Shown: positions 8,623-17,139 of the stretch, in pieces | How the letters are laid out: the number at the start of each line of letters is the position of its first letter | Numbering within the stretch: position 1 is the stretch's first letter | Source of the DNA: a virus | Lineage: Duplodnaviria > Caudoviricetes | Virus record (IMG/VR): IMGVR_UViG_3300028840_005521 | Span: 1-52,386 of that record | Reading direction: 5' to 3' (one strand) | DNA length: 52,386 nucleotides | Notes under the pieces: generated by a model | The model's database searches: none | The model's input: the letters and a program-made list of their open reading frames with translations, nothing else | What the model was told of the DNA's origin: nothing | Made by a program: the position numbers and the translations under genes

Positions 8623-9315
8623 CTACTTGCGCCCGCGGGTCCTCTTCAGCATCGCCCGATATTCCCCGATCAGGTCCTTCAGCTCTTTGCTGTACGGATT
8701 CGGAATCGAGTCGACATATGGTTCCCTATCAGCGAGGTACTTCCTCAGCGCCGTCCGCTCTCCCAGCTGCCATAGCCGCTCAGCGTTCGTTCTCACCGCT
8801 GCCATGAAACTCTCAGCTTCGTCCTGCTCGGCTTGGATTCGCAGCTCGTCGGCTAGCAGCATCGCAAGGTCGACAGTTTGCTCGAGGTCTTCGTTGTCGA
8901 TGGCTCGAGCGATCTGCTTGATTCGGTGGTAGAAGGCGTCACGGGCGATGTCTTCGATGGTGCGGTATTGGGGTATGCGCCCGGTTTGGATCAGCGCCCC
9001 CGCTGCGCCGGCGAGAGGCTTCGGGATGTTGACCCGCATATGGAAGCTGTGTCCTTTGCGGTCCTGGCTGTGTGTGTAGAAGTGGTGCGGGTCGTAGGGG
9101 TCGTCCTCGTCGATGGTGTCCCAAGCATCCAGCCCAGCACCGGTTTCCCGCGCCGCCCGGTACTCGGCTAACGCGGTGACATAGATCGATGATTTGGAGG
9201 CACTGAGCCTGTCTGCTTCCTGCTCGACCCATTCGAGAAGGTTCGTGTTGATCACGAAAGAGGTGCGAGTTGAGGCTGCTTTCTTCGGTTGATCATTGTC
9301 AACTACCACATGCAT
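8623..9315 (-). CDS. Tandem ribbon-helix-helix DNA-binding protein
   Basis: RTSFVINTNLLEWVEQEADRLSASKSSIYVTAL and HMRVNIPKPL...YRTIEDIARDA; AGGAG RBS before ATG 9315. Confidence 0.68.
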   Translation of the reverse strand: MHVVVDNDQPKKAASTRTSFVINTNLLEWVEQEADRLSASKSSIYVTALAEYRAARETGAGLDAWDTIDEDDPYDPHHFYTHSQDRKGHSFHMRVNIPKPLAGAAGALIQTGRIPQYRTIEDIARDAFYHRIKQIARAIDNEDLEQTVDLAMLLADELRIQAEQDEAESFMAAVRTNAERLWQLGERTALRKYLADREPYVDSIPNPYSKELKDLIGEYRAMLKRTRGRK

Positions 9316-9488
9316 CTCGAGTCTCCTGTCACGTCGGGGGTTAGATTCTAGCCTGTTTCCCGGGAATCGGGAAGTCATTGGTTTCCCCGGGTTTCCGGCC
9401 CGCCATTACGTTCTCAGATGTTTCCAGTTTCGTCCTTTTCCTGATACGCTTCCACCCGTAGATCTACATAGGCCCCAAGGAGCTCCCC

Positions 9489-9842
9489 GTGGCACGCACA
9501 GACTTACCAACAGCAACTCCCCTTTCGCAAGCCGGAGTGGTCAACCCGACATTCACCGCCGCGATTGTTGACGGCCATATGTTCAGCAACGACGGAAACA
9601 TCTGGCTTGAGGTACTCAACAACGATGCGAGCGCCAAGACAATCACGATCCAGACCGGCGCCGTCGAGCAAGGTGATCTTGCCATTGACGACCGCACAAT
9701 GGTGGTGCCGGCTGGCCAGGTTGGCTACATTGGCCCGTTCCCTCCGTCGCCGTACAACCAAGTGTCGGGTGCCGACGCGGGCAAGGTATATATCGACTAC
9801 TCGGCGACCACTTCTGTGACGGTGTGCCTGTTCAGGAAGTAG
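9489..9842 (+). CDS. Probable small virion (decoration-like) protein, isolated on the + strand
   Basis: AAGGAG RBS, own -10; beta-rich MART...NDG...IGPFP pattern resembling small actinophage structural proteins. Confidence 0.55.
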   Translation: MARTDLPTATPLSQAGVVNPTFTAAIVDGHMFSNDGNIWLEVLNNDASAKTITIQTGAVEQGDLAIDDRTMVVPAGQVGYIGPFPPSPYNQVSGADAGKVYIDYSATTSVTVCLFRK

Positions 9843-10419
9843 CGATCGGTCTTCCTCCCCTGGGAAATGAGCTGACCGGGGGATAGAGGTATTCCCACAC
9901 CATTTCGATGTGCCTGCATGGTTCTGGGGCCGGGTGGTATCGCCATCCGAGACCCTTCTTCCCCTTGTCGGCTCGCACCTGTGTCCTCTGATTGACCTTG
10001 CGGAAGAAGTACGCGGTGCAGGTGCAATCCGAGATCCGTCCCGGGTCGAACGTCACTGTGTAGGGACCTTCACCTAGCCTCTCCCAACCCGGTTCCGGGT
10101 CGTAAACATAGAAGGTGCGTACCGGAACACCCATCGGGCGCACCCGCTCTGGTTCTTCCGACTTACCGAACGGCCCGACCCACTCAAACAAAGCCACCCA
10201 CTCGTCCCGGCATCGTCCACATAGCTGATGGGATCCGCCGTCCTGCACCGACTCTTTCCGCACCTTCCATTTTGGTTCACCGAGAACGTAGAACGGCAGC
10301 CCGCATAGCGCCCACTCGCCATCGTATCTGGCCGTGTGGAAGATGTGTACGGTCTTGGTGAATGCGGTCCTCCACAATGCCCATCGGTCGTCCTCTGTTA
10401 CTTGGTCTCTCAACGTCAT
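9832..10419 (-). CDS. Zinc-finger plus SWIM-domain protein
   Basis: H..ALCG..CGRC N-terminal finger; YTVT..CTC..PCRH SWIM. Confidence 0.72.
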   Translation of the reverse strand: MTLRDQVTEDDRWALWRTAFTKTVHIFHTARYDGEWALCGLPFYVLGEPKWKVRKESVQDGGSHQLCGRCRDEWVALFEWVGPFGKSEEPERVRPMGVPVRTFYVYDPEPGWERLGEGPYTVTFDPGRISDCTCTAYFFRKVNQRTQVRADKGKKGLGWRYHPAPEPCRHIEMVWEYLYPPVSSFPRGGRPIATS

Positions 10420-10445
10420 GGTATTACCTCTTCTCTCCATCGTCT

Positions 10446-10667
10446 GGCATGAAAGTATTACGTAATACTCTCATGCCTAGTTTACTTTCTTCCGTAATAC
10501 TCCACAACTCCACTACCGGGGGTAATAACCTCATGCCATCATGCCAGGTTTCATAGGTATTACCCCTTATGCCGTCATGCCAGGGGTATTTCCACCTGGC
10601 ATTAACGCGCGCGCACGCGCGATATAGATATAGGGGAAATGGGGGGTCATTGGCATGAGAGTATTAC
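10446..10667. repeat. Array of GGCATGA(A/G)AGTATTAC motifs in both orientations
   Basis: Copies at 10446-61 (+), 10462-77 (-), 10522-37 (-) and 10652-67 (+), plus partial copies. Confidence 0.85.
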
Positions 10668-10933
10668 CCTCCCTTCTCTATGTAGTCATAGATCTGGTCG
10701 TCCAGGGCGTTGACAAGACGTAACCGCGGATCCGGTGAAGTCAGTACACGCTCAATGGCCCTCTCCATATCTATTGGAACACCAATAGCCTTGGCGGTTG
10801 CCAGAACTTCCTCGACCTCCATAGCCTCCTTCACGGGACGGCGTAAGCCAATAGCCACACAAGTCCCAACCACGGCCATGTTCGGCGCGCCTCGAAAGAT
10901 GTCGGCCAAGTGACGTAGTGTGTCTCCCTTCAC
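10664..10933 (-). CDS. Hypothetical protein
   Basis: Coupled ORF, 89 aa. Confidence 0.6.
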   Translation of the reverse strand: MKGDTLRHLADIFRGAPNMAVVGTCVAIGLRRPVKEAMEVEEVLATAKAIGVPIDMERAIERVLTSPDPRLRLVNALDDQIYDYIEKGG

Positions 10934-11193
10934 CCCGCCCTCTCTCCTCGGTTGAGTTCCCGCAGCTCGTCCAGCAACTCAACCCGCTCTTTGTCCAGTT
11001 GCACCTGGTCGATGTCGAAGAACTCGGCGATCAGGAACGAGTTGTTTTCCAGTGCCGGCTCCAGATAGTCGACATGGGTAGCCCACCCGGCCAGCTGGTA
11101 ACCGAACTCTCCCTGCGCCCAATCCAGGAACCTCTCGATCAGTACTTGATCCTCGAAGGTTCGGCTGTGGCGATCCAGCATCGATTCAGACAT
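10930..11193 (-). CDS. Hypothetical protein
   Basis: Coupled ORF; GGAGG RBS. Confidence 0.65.
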   Translation of the reverse strand: MSESMLDRHSRTFEDQVLIERFLDWAQGEFGYQLAGWATHVDYLEPALENNSFLIAEFFDIDQVQLDKERVELLDELRELNRGERAG

Positions 11194-11401
11194 CCTGTTC
11201 CTCCCTCATCAGCTCATACATCGTCTCGAAGTAGATCTCGTCCAACGGGTCCGGCTCCGGTGCCACCGTCGGCCACGGCGCGTCGTCTGGTTCCCCCCCA
11301 GCGCGCTCCAGATAGCTCGAGACGGGCGTGCCATCCCTAAAGGCATCCTCGAGACTGCCCTGCTCGAGATCACGGTCTCGAGCGACGTCACATGCTTCCA
11401 T
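11186..11401 (-). CDS. Acidic hypothetical protein
   Basis: Start re-called at MEACD. Confidence 0.55.
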   Translation of the reverse strand: MEACDVARDRDLEQGSLEDAFRDGTPVSSYLERAGGEPDDAPWPTVAPEPDPLDEIYFETMYELMREEQDV

Positions 11402-11403
11402 AG

Positions 11404-11571
11404 TCACTTCCTCTCTCTCAATGCTGTGCCTAGCCGCCACCCGGCCTTCACGCACACGACCACACCGATCACTAGCCAGCCGATCACTGGCAGCAAGACT
11501 GCCAGGAAATAGAAAGCCAAGATCACCATGTAGTCGCGGACGTCCTCAACCATGCTCGGTTCAACTCTCAT
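11404..11571 (-). CDS. Small membrane protein
   Basis: Long hydrophobic segment VILAFYFLAVLLPVIGWLVIGVVV. Confidence 0.6.
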   Translation of the reverse strand: MRVEPSMVEDVRDYMVILAFYFLAVLLPVIGWLVIGVVVCVKAGWRLGTALRERK

Positions 11572-11582
11572 GATCTGGCTTC

Positions 11583-11723
11583 TCACAGCTTCACCGCCGC
11601 CGAGTACACGAAGTACACGATCGATCCGAGTAGGAGAATCGCAGCCACCAGCCCGACGAAGGCAAGGTCGGCTTTGGTTGCCGGCTGCCAATCACCTTCG
11701 TCGCTAATCCTGTTTCTCTTCAT
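11583..11723 (-). CDS. Small single-TM protein (46 aa, not in ORF track)
   Basis: MKRNRISDEGDWQPATKADLAFVGLVAAILLLGSIVYFVYSAAVKL; GAAAGGAA RBS. Confidence 0.65.
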   Translation of the reverse strand: MKRNRISDEGDWQPATKADLAFVGLVAAILLLGSIVYFVYSAAVKL

Positions 11724-11871
11724 CCCGTTCCTTTCTCTCAAGCCATTCCAGCATCCACTGTTCCAGCTTCACCAACGGTTCATGCAGCAACAACAACACG
11801 ATCGCCAGCACAACCGACACGCCACCTAGCCACGTCATTGCTTCACCCATCTCGAACGGTTGCGGATTCAT
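11704..11871 (-). CDS. Small single-TM protein (55 aa, not in ORF track)
   Basis: MNPQPFEMGEAMTWLGGVSVVLAIVLLLLHEPL...; ATGA overlap. Confidence 0.6.
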   Translation of the reverse strand: MNPQPFEMGEAMTWLGGVSVVLAIVLLLLHEPLVKLEQWMLEWLERKERDEEKQD

Positions 11872-12188
11872 TCGTCACCTTCCAGGGATTTTACGATCGC
11901 ATTACGCAACCACCTGGGAATTGGTTTACCGGTCTTGTTCGCTCGCCATTCCACAATGTCACGCGCCCACCATATGGGCCGGTCGGTTGACCCGATCAGG
12001 TACGCTGGCTCTGGCATGTCCAGCTTGCCCGCTTTGCGTCGGTCGTTCCAGATGCGGGGAGTGTTCTTTGACACCGGGGCGTCCATCCAAATCAGGTTAA
12101 TCAAGTCGGCGATCTCCATGTCGGTAATCAGCTTCCCCATCATCGCTTTGATCTGGTTCTGTTCGCCACGGGTGAGAGGGACCGTCAT
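11868..12188 (-). CDS. AlpA/excisionase-like HTH DNA-binding protein
   Basis: EIADL...MPEP...PIWWARDIVEW pattern; start re-called at 12188. Confidence 0.62.
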   Translation of the reverse strand: MTVPLTRGEQNQIKAMMGKLITDMEIADLINLIWMDAPVSKNTPRIWNDRRKAGKLDMPEPAYLIGSTDRPIWWARDIVEWRANKTGKPIPRWLRNAIVKSLEGDE

Positions 12189-12439
12189 AGCAACCCCAAC
12201 CTGTCGGCCTCTTCGCAAAACCCTTCCCACCCCGCGTCGTCCAGCGCCGGGGCGCCGTACAATGCCCAGACACCATGCAGCTCGTCCCACTTCCACGGTT
12301 TCTCGAAGAAACCCAACACGAGGTCTACGTGTTCCCGGACACCCCAAAACAACTCGGCGAGGACATGCTTGGCGAAGTCGTTGACGTCTTCCGGGTCGTC
12401 GAACCAGCAGCAATGACGTTCGTGAAGTTCAGCTACCAT
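12185..12439 (-). CDS. Hypothetical protein
   Basis: Coupled ORF. Confidence 0.6.
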   Translation of the reverse strand: MVAELHERHCCWFDDPEDVNDFAKHVLAELFWGVREHVDLVLGFFEKPWKWDELHGVWALYGAPALDDAGWEGFCEEADRLGLL

Positions 12440-12666
12440 ACGTCATCCTCTCCGATCAGCCCAATGAAGCGAGCAAGATCCTCGTTACCGTTAGCGAGAT
12501 CCTGGGTAGCCCGATCTTCGATTGCCTCAAGTAGCGGCACGGTTTCCCACAGCTCCGCTTCCGGAGCGCCCCACTGTGCCCAACCATGTTCGGCAAAGTC
12601 GGCGTAGACCCTTACCTCTTGTTCGCTGTCTGTCACAAGGACAAACTCAATTGCGGCTAGTTTCAT
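12433..12666 (-). CDS. Acidic hypothetical protein
   Basis: GGAAAGGA RBS. Confidence 0.65.
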   Translation of the reverse strand: MKLAAIEFVLVTDSEQEVRVYADFAEHGWAQWGAPEAELWETVPLLEAIEDRATQDLANGNEDLARFIGLIGEDDVW

Positions 12667-13175
12667 ATCGCCATCCTTTCCTCGTTGTCGGTTGCGAACA
12701 CCGCAACCTGGTGCTTACACATGATGTTCGGATTGGTCTTCGCTGCCATGCATGTGCACACGGAAGCGAGATCCTGGTCGGCAGGCACCGTCACTGTGTA
12801 GATGTCACGCTCGCCAGCGACTCGAAAGATTCTGCCGGGAATCTCACGGACATTAGCCCGGGGAATTTGGGTCCCCCTTAGGGCAGCGCCCGGTTCGATC
12901 TCGGGCATGAATTGGTCCTGGTCGTGAGTAGCGAACCACGATCGCAGACAGGTCTTGCACACGTCGCCGGATAGCTTCACTTCGGATGGGACGGCGACCC
13001 AACGTTCCTGCCACCTTCCAATTCGACGTTCCTGCCACCTTCGAATCGGGTCGGGGAGTAACGTTGGGTCGCCGTGCAAGTACGGTCCGGCCATCCCGCA
13101 CAGCGCCCGCACTCCACCGTCGGTAAACACGTGCGCCTTACCGGTATCGAAAATCCATGCCTGCCAACTAGTCAC
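12663..13175 (-). CDS. Zinc-finger plus SWIM-domain protein (paralogue of 9832-10419)
   Basis: KAH..ALCG..CKTC; YTVTV..CTC..MCKH SWIM. Confidence 0.75.
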   Translation of the reverse strand: MTSWQAWIFDTGKAHVFTDGGVRALCGMAGPYLHGDPTLLPDPIRRWQERRIGRWQERWVAVPSEVKLSGDVCKTCLRSWFATHDQDQFMPEIEPGAALRGTQIPRANVREIPGRIFRVAGERDIYTVTVPADQDLASVCTCMAAKTNPNIMCKHQVAVFATDNEERMAI

Positions 13176-13599
13176 TGTTCACCGGCTTTCTATCTGGCGA
13201 CATTTCAACCGGCTTGATCGACCATGCCCTCTCATCGGCCCGCCGAGCTGCGTCCACGTCGCGCGCCTTCGCAGTCAACTTCCCCCCGGCGTCGGCCAGC
13301 ATCGACGCGTAGGCCTCGGGGATGGTGGGCCGCAGCTGGCTTTCAGCTTTCACCACTGTCCCAGTGTCCCAACGTGTCCCAATGCGGTCCTCTGGCGCCG
13401 CTGGGTAGACATGGAGACTCACCCGGTAGCCAACCGGTATCACAATCTCGACCATGACAAACGCTACGTCACTTTCAACGCCGGTTTCGTAGAATCGCCA
13501 GTCATTGACGTAAACGTGGGCAGTGCGTAGACCCGCGACCCTCACCCCATCGTATCCAGGGATGGTGTCAGTGAATCCCTTGTAGAAATGCAAATCCAT
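13168..13599 (-). CDS. Hypothetical protein
   Basis: GAAAGGAA RBS; 143 aa. Confidence 0.7.
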   Translation of the reverse strand: MDLHFYKGFTDTIPGYDGVRVAGLRTAHVYVNDWRFYETGVESDVAFVMVEIVIPVGYRVSLHVYPAAPEDRIGTRWDTGTVVKAESQLRPTIPEAYASMLADAGGKLTAKARDVDAARRADERAWSIKPVEMSPDRKPVNSD

Positions 13600-13612
13600 A
13601 TTGTTCCTTTCG

Positions 13613-14050
13613 CTAGACGTAATCGACGTCGACTAGTTCGTCCATTGGGAGCGTCACGGGACGAACACAGTTGCGGCATTCCATCTCGCCACCTTCGCCA
13701 CCTTCCATCCCGCAGTAGTGGCCACGCGCCTCATAGCCGTCGTCGACTCTGTGAACCGTGTACTCCCAGATGTTCCACGCGTCACCTTCGTTGACATTGC
13801 CACCAACCAACCCGCACCACGGGCATTCGAATTCGACGCCATTGTCCCCGGGTTCTTCCGGGTTTTCAGGGACGATTAGCAATGGCTTAGGCCCCTTCTC
13901 TGCCCCATCCAACGCTTTGCCTAGTGTCTCCCGCGCCGTCGTAAGTGCGTTCACTACCGATGGCTGGTCAAGTTCATCCAGGTAGGCAAGCGCGTAGTCG
14001 AGTGCGTCCCATGCGGTTGATAGGTGCTTGGCTTCGTGTGCCTCCATCAT
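13613..14050 (-). CDS. Hypothetical protein with C-terminal zinc ribbon
   Basis: CPWC...CRNC; GGAAAGGAA RBS before ATG 14050. Confidence 0.65.
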   Translation of the reverse strand: MMEAHEAKHLSTAWDALDYALAYLDELDQPSVVNALTTARETLGKALDGAEKGPKPLLIVPENPEEPGDNGVEFECPWCGLVGGNVNEGDAWNIWEYTVHRVDDGYEARGHYCGMEGGEGGEMECRNCVRPVTLPMDELVDVDYV

Positions 14051-14208
14051 GTTCCTTTCCTGCTGGCCAGCACCACCTTGGCCGCTGCCAGCCTTTGCTT
14101 GTCCTCTTCCGTATTGAGCCAAGGCAACATCTGCAGTGCCTTGACCATGTTGCGTAGGGCATAGGTCGGTTGGTTGCCGACAATGGCTTTAGCGTCCTGG
14201 AGATTCAC
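14047..14208 (-). CDS. Small hypothetical protein (53 aa, not in ORF track)
   Basis: [44 protein letters not shown]...; coupled at both ends. Confidence 0.65.
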   Translation of the reverse strand: MNLQDAKAIVGNQPTYALRNMVKALQMLPWLNTEEDKQRLAAAKVVLASRKGT

Positions 14209-14594
14209 CGCTTCACCCCCCCGCTAACCGTCCGCAACTCGTCGGCGTCAAACTCGAACCAGCACCACGCCAGATCGCCTATGGGCCAGAGTTTGATCGT
14301 GCGGCCATTCAGATACCGGAATACCGGCCGCATCGTCCACTGGCTACCGTCGTCCGGGTAGGTGACAACGATGTCACCGTTCGGTTGCGCCTCTAGCCGG
14401 TTACTCTCCCCGTCGTTGAACAATGTGCGTTGCTCGGATAGCACCGTTGCCATGCCAACACTGTCGACATAAGGCACCGACCATCCGTTCCAATGTTCGC
14501 CTTTCACAACGTACGCAGGGATTGGTGGTAGCCATTCCTCGTCGAGCATCCGCCAGTCGCCCGTGATCTCGGTTCGTGTCAACTCGCTAAGCAT
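14205..14594 (-). CDS. Hypothetical protein
   Basis: WNGWSVPY...WCW; RBS present. Confidence 0.65.
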   Translation of the reverse strand: MLSELTRTEITGDWRMLDEEWLPPIPAYVVKGEHWNGWSVPYVDSVGMATVLSEQRTLFNDGESNRLEAQPNGDIVVTYPDDGSQWTMRPVFRYLNGRTIKLWPIGDLAWCWFEFDADELRTVSGGVKR

Positions 14595-14784
14595 TGTCGA
14601 CTTCCTTTACTGGGTAGTCGGCCGGAATCGGTTCGCCATCGTGGTAGTACTCGAATGGGCAGCGGCCACTAGGCACGGGCGTCATTTGAGTACTAATGCT
14701 GTCGTCCCATGATCGGCCGCAGTTTCCGCATGTTGCTATGTCGAATCGGTTAGGCCGGGTTTCCCCGGGAATTTGGGTAGCCAT
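14587..14784 (-). CDS. Small Cys/His protein
   Basis: CGNCG...CPFEYYH; GGAAAGGAA RBS. Confidence 0.65.
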   Translation of the reverse strand: MATQIPGETRPNRFDIATCGNCGRSWDDSISTQMTPVPSGRCPFEYYHDGEPIPADYPVKEVDNA

Positions 14785-15002
14785 TAGGTTCCTTTCCTTG
14801 TGGCGTTTGGTCCTTTGCGCCGGGCGTTCACTCGGCGCCCCATGTCGTGTCGGTGGCCTACCAGCCGGGCTAGGCGAACCGTGCCCGGGTCGATCCTTGG
14901 CCCGTTCTTGTGTCGGTTAATCGTGTGGCATGGGTCGACCGATACGGCGTACACATGGCACGCTACGCAGCATCGGTCGGGACGGTGCAACCCATGAATC
15001 AC
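14784..15002 (-). CDS. Small Cys/His-rich basic protein
   Basis: Coupled ORF. Confidence 0.5.
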   Translation of the reverse strand: MIHGLHRPDRCCVACHVYAVSVDPCHTINRHKNGPRIDPGTVRLARLVGHRHDMGRRVNARRKGPNATRKGT

Positions 15003-15175
15003 TGTTCCCCCCCTTCATGCTCGGCCGCGTAATGGTCCTGGTATTCTCGTCGGCTGAAGGACTCGCCGTCCTTGCGATCAATCAACATGATCTCCACGCC
15101 GCACGCTGGACAGGACACAATCAGATTGGCGCCTAGCCACGCGACAGACCGGGCGTAGGGGATTCCGATACTCAT
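14999..15175 (-). CDS. Small C2H2-like zinc-finger protein
   Basis: CPAC...HYAAEH; start re-called. Confidence 0.55.
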   Translation of the reverse strand: MSIGIPYARSVAWLGANLIVSCPACGVEIMLIDRKDGESFSRREYQDHYAAEHEGGEQ

Positions 15176-15390
15176 CACAAGCTCCTCTGGGATATGCCAT
15201 ACCGGCTCCTCTGGGATATGCCATACCGGTCGGCGAGCACATAGACATCGGTCCAGCTTGATCCGCAATTGACACAACCGCATTCCTGCTTTGCTGTGGC
15301 GCCGTCGACCTCTACTGATCCCCCTTCGATATCGGTGTGGCCGCATACCGGGCACGCGGGTATGACGTCGACCGCTATGTGTGGATTCAT
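15175..15390 (-). CDS. Zinc-ribbon protein with a C-terminal 8-aa duplication
   Basis: CPVCG...CVNCG; RYGISQRS twice. Confidence 0.6.
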   Translation of the reverse strand: MNPHIAVDVIPACPVCGHTDIEGGSVEVDGATAKQECGCVNCGSSWTDVYVLADRYGISQRSRYGISQRSL

Positions 15391-15908
15391 TAGTATCCCC
15401 TTTCTAATTGCGCGTCCGTCTTGAGGACATCGGCCCCCGCTCGCGCCCTGCTTGCCTCTGTACGCAACCGTTCGGCCCATGCGGCCAATTCGTCGGCCTT
15501 CCCTTCCCATCTAGCAGCTTGCGCGTTGCGGGCGTTCTGGGCGATCTCGGCACGGTTAGCGGTGAAGACTTCATACAGCTCCGGGCCGAAGTCTTCCACT
15601 AATGCTCTCGCATAGCCTTCGGGCAGGGCGGGGAGCATGAAGCTAGGCCGGTCATCGATTGGTGCGCGCTGCAGGCTTCCCCCACCCCACGCGTAATCCC
15701 CGATTCGATTCCAACGCTCAAATTCGATACGCAGATACCCCTGGACTGCTACCCGCTTGCCTGGCGGTACATAGGCCGCGTCATGCATGTGGATCGTGGC
15801 GTAATAGTACGGCTGATCTTGCGGTAGGTCGGTTGATTCATCGACAAACTCGACAGTGAAAGCGTGCTCGCCCCGGTCAAGCGTGTAAGTGAAGTACTTA
15901 TTGGTCAT
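15390..15908 (-). CDS. Hypothetical protein
   Basis: GGAAAGGA RBS; 172 aa. Confidence 0.7.
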   Translation of the reverse strand: MTNKYFTYTLDRGEHAFTVEFVDESTDLPQDQPYYYATIHMHDAAYVPPGKRVAVQGYLRIEFERWNRIGDYAWGGGSLQRAPIDDRPSFMLPALPEGYARALVEDFGPELYEVFTANRAEIAQNARNAQAARWEGKADELAAWAERLRTEASRARAGADVLKTDAQLERGY

Positions 15909-15923
15909 TATCTGGTCCTTTCC

Positions 15924-16217
15924 TCAAATCTCTAGTCCCTTGGCGCAACCTTCGCACGCTATTTGGTGCCATCCCTCAAAAGGGCCTGTCCTTTTCATCA
16001 TCGTGCTTGTGTCTATTCCGCAGATCCCAACCTCTGTCCGCTGGGTCTTCGGAACATGCAATACAATATGAACTTGACCGAACGGCTGGCCGGGGGATTG
16101 CTCTCGCCTTAGCTCAATTCGTGTATCGATCATTGCTCTGTTCCTTTCCAGGGCAATCTGTTCCCGCTCGGCCCGGTAATCCCCGGGATATGTGTATGGC
16201 ATTAGCACCGTCCTCAC
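15924..16217 (-). CDS. Hypothetical protein (H..C..CxxC)
   Basis: Coupled ORF. Confidence 0.6.
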   Translation of the reverse strand: MRTVLMPYTYPGDYRAEREQIALERNRAMIDTRIELRREQSPGQPFGQVHIVLHVPKTQRTEVGICGIDTSTMMKRTGPFEGWHQIACEGCAKGLEI

Positions 16218-16483
16218 CCTTTCGTGTGATAGTTGCGGAGAATCTCGTCGCGCATCCTTGCGGGATATTCCCAGCGGAAACTGCTGGCATAAGTGTCGGT
16301 CACCCGGCTAGCGAACAAATCACCGATCCCCTTGACCCATTCGGCCAGCACTATGTGGCCGTGCAACGGTGACAGTGGGTCGATTAGTTTGAATCCCACT
16401 ACCCGGAAAGTTTCGCCCCCCTGGTCGACTTCGGCACCGACCTCTAGGTTGGCATTGGTGAAGTTGCTGATATGTGTACTCAC
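16214..16483 (-). CDS. Hypothetical protein
   Basis: GTGA overlap start. Confidence 0.6.
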   Translation of the reverse strand: MSTHISNFTNANLEVGAEVDQGGETFRVVGFKLIDPLSPLHGHIVLAEWVKGIGDLFASRVTDTYASSFRWEYPARMRDEILRNYHTKG

Positions 16484-16608
16484 GTGAGCACCCCCTTCAA
16501 CCTCTGTCGCTCGACCCTCCGCCTTGCTCGCTTGCACCCCTTCGCCGCGCGCCGTTCCATCTGCCTCTGCCACCTGGCCAGCTCGCCCCGCTCGCCGCGC
16601 GCCGTCAT
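16480..16608 (-). CDS. Small Arg-rich protein
   Basis: MTARGERGELARWQRQMERR...; coupled at both ends. Confidence 0.5.
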   Translation of the reverse strand: MTARGERGELARWQRQMERRAAKGCKRARRRVERQRLKGVLT

Positions 16609-17081
16609 CGGAGCACCAACGATCGCACCATCGAGTTGAATAGGGTCGGGTCGTCGGTTGTCGCTAGGGTCAACTCGTTGAGAGTTTCCCGGACCCATTG
16701 CAGAATGGCGCCGGGGTTCTCGGCGGTCATCATGCGGCCATCCAGCTCGTGGAGTACTTCCAGCATTGAATTGCGGGCATCCATTTCTTGCGCGTCACGT
16801 AGCTCGGCGGTGAGGTCTTCCAGCTCGTATTGCGCCTCGTCTAGCGCATTGGATGCCCGATTGATCTTTTCCTCTAGGGCGAAGAGGGATCTACCGATTG
16901 TCTTCTGGACGCCTTCTATGATTCCCCGCGACCATTCACTGCAATCGCCTTCGGTCTCACTGTCGGTTATCTGATTGAGGTTGCTAGTTGCGGTCTGCAA
17001 CTCGTCAAACTCTTCACCGACTGCTGTCACTGCCCGATGAAGTCTGTACGCTTCATCTGCAAAGTCTATCTTCCTAGCCAT
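16605..17081 (-). CDS. Acidic coiled-coil early protein
   Basis: Heptad pattern; GGAAAGGAA RBS. Confidence 0.7.
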   Translation of the reverse strand: MARKIDFADEAYRLHRAVTAVGEEFDELQTATSNLNQITDSETEGDCSEWSRGIIEGVQKTIGRSLFALEEKINRASNALDEAQYELEDLTAELRDAQEMDARNSMLEVLHELDGRMMTAENPGAILQWVRETLNELTLATTDDPTLFNSMVRSLVLR

Positions 17082-17111
17082 TGTCTGTTCCTTTCCTATG
17101 GCTTAGAGTCG

Positions 17112-17139
17112 AGTGTAGTGATTCTGCTACACATTACAA
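17112..17139 (-). promoter_or_regulatory. Leftward sigmaA-type promoter
   Basis: TTGTAA-16nt-TACACT upstream of 17081. Confidence 0.55.

Noticed and set aside
10446-10667. Repeat array as a mini-CRISPR
   Set aside because: Repeats are 16 bp, in both orientations and irregularly spaced
10664-10933. Proteins ending in GG (also 24929-25144) as ubiquitin-like JAB substrates
   Set aside because: Neither looks like a beta-grasp fold; the GG codons coincide with purine-rich SD-like sequence
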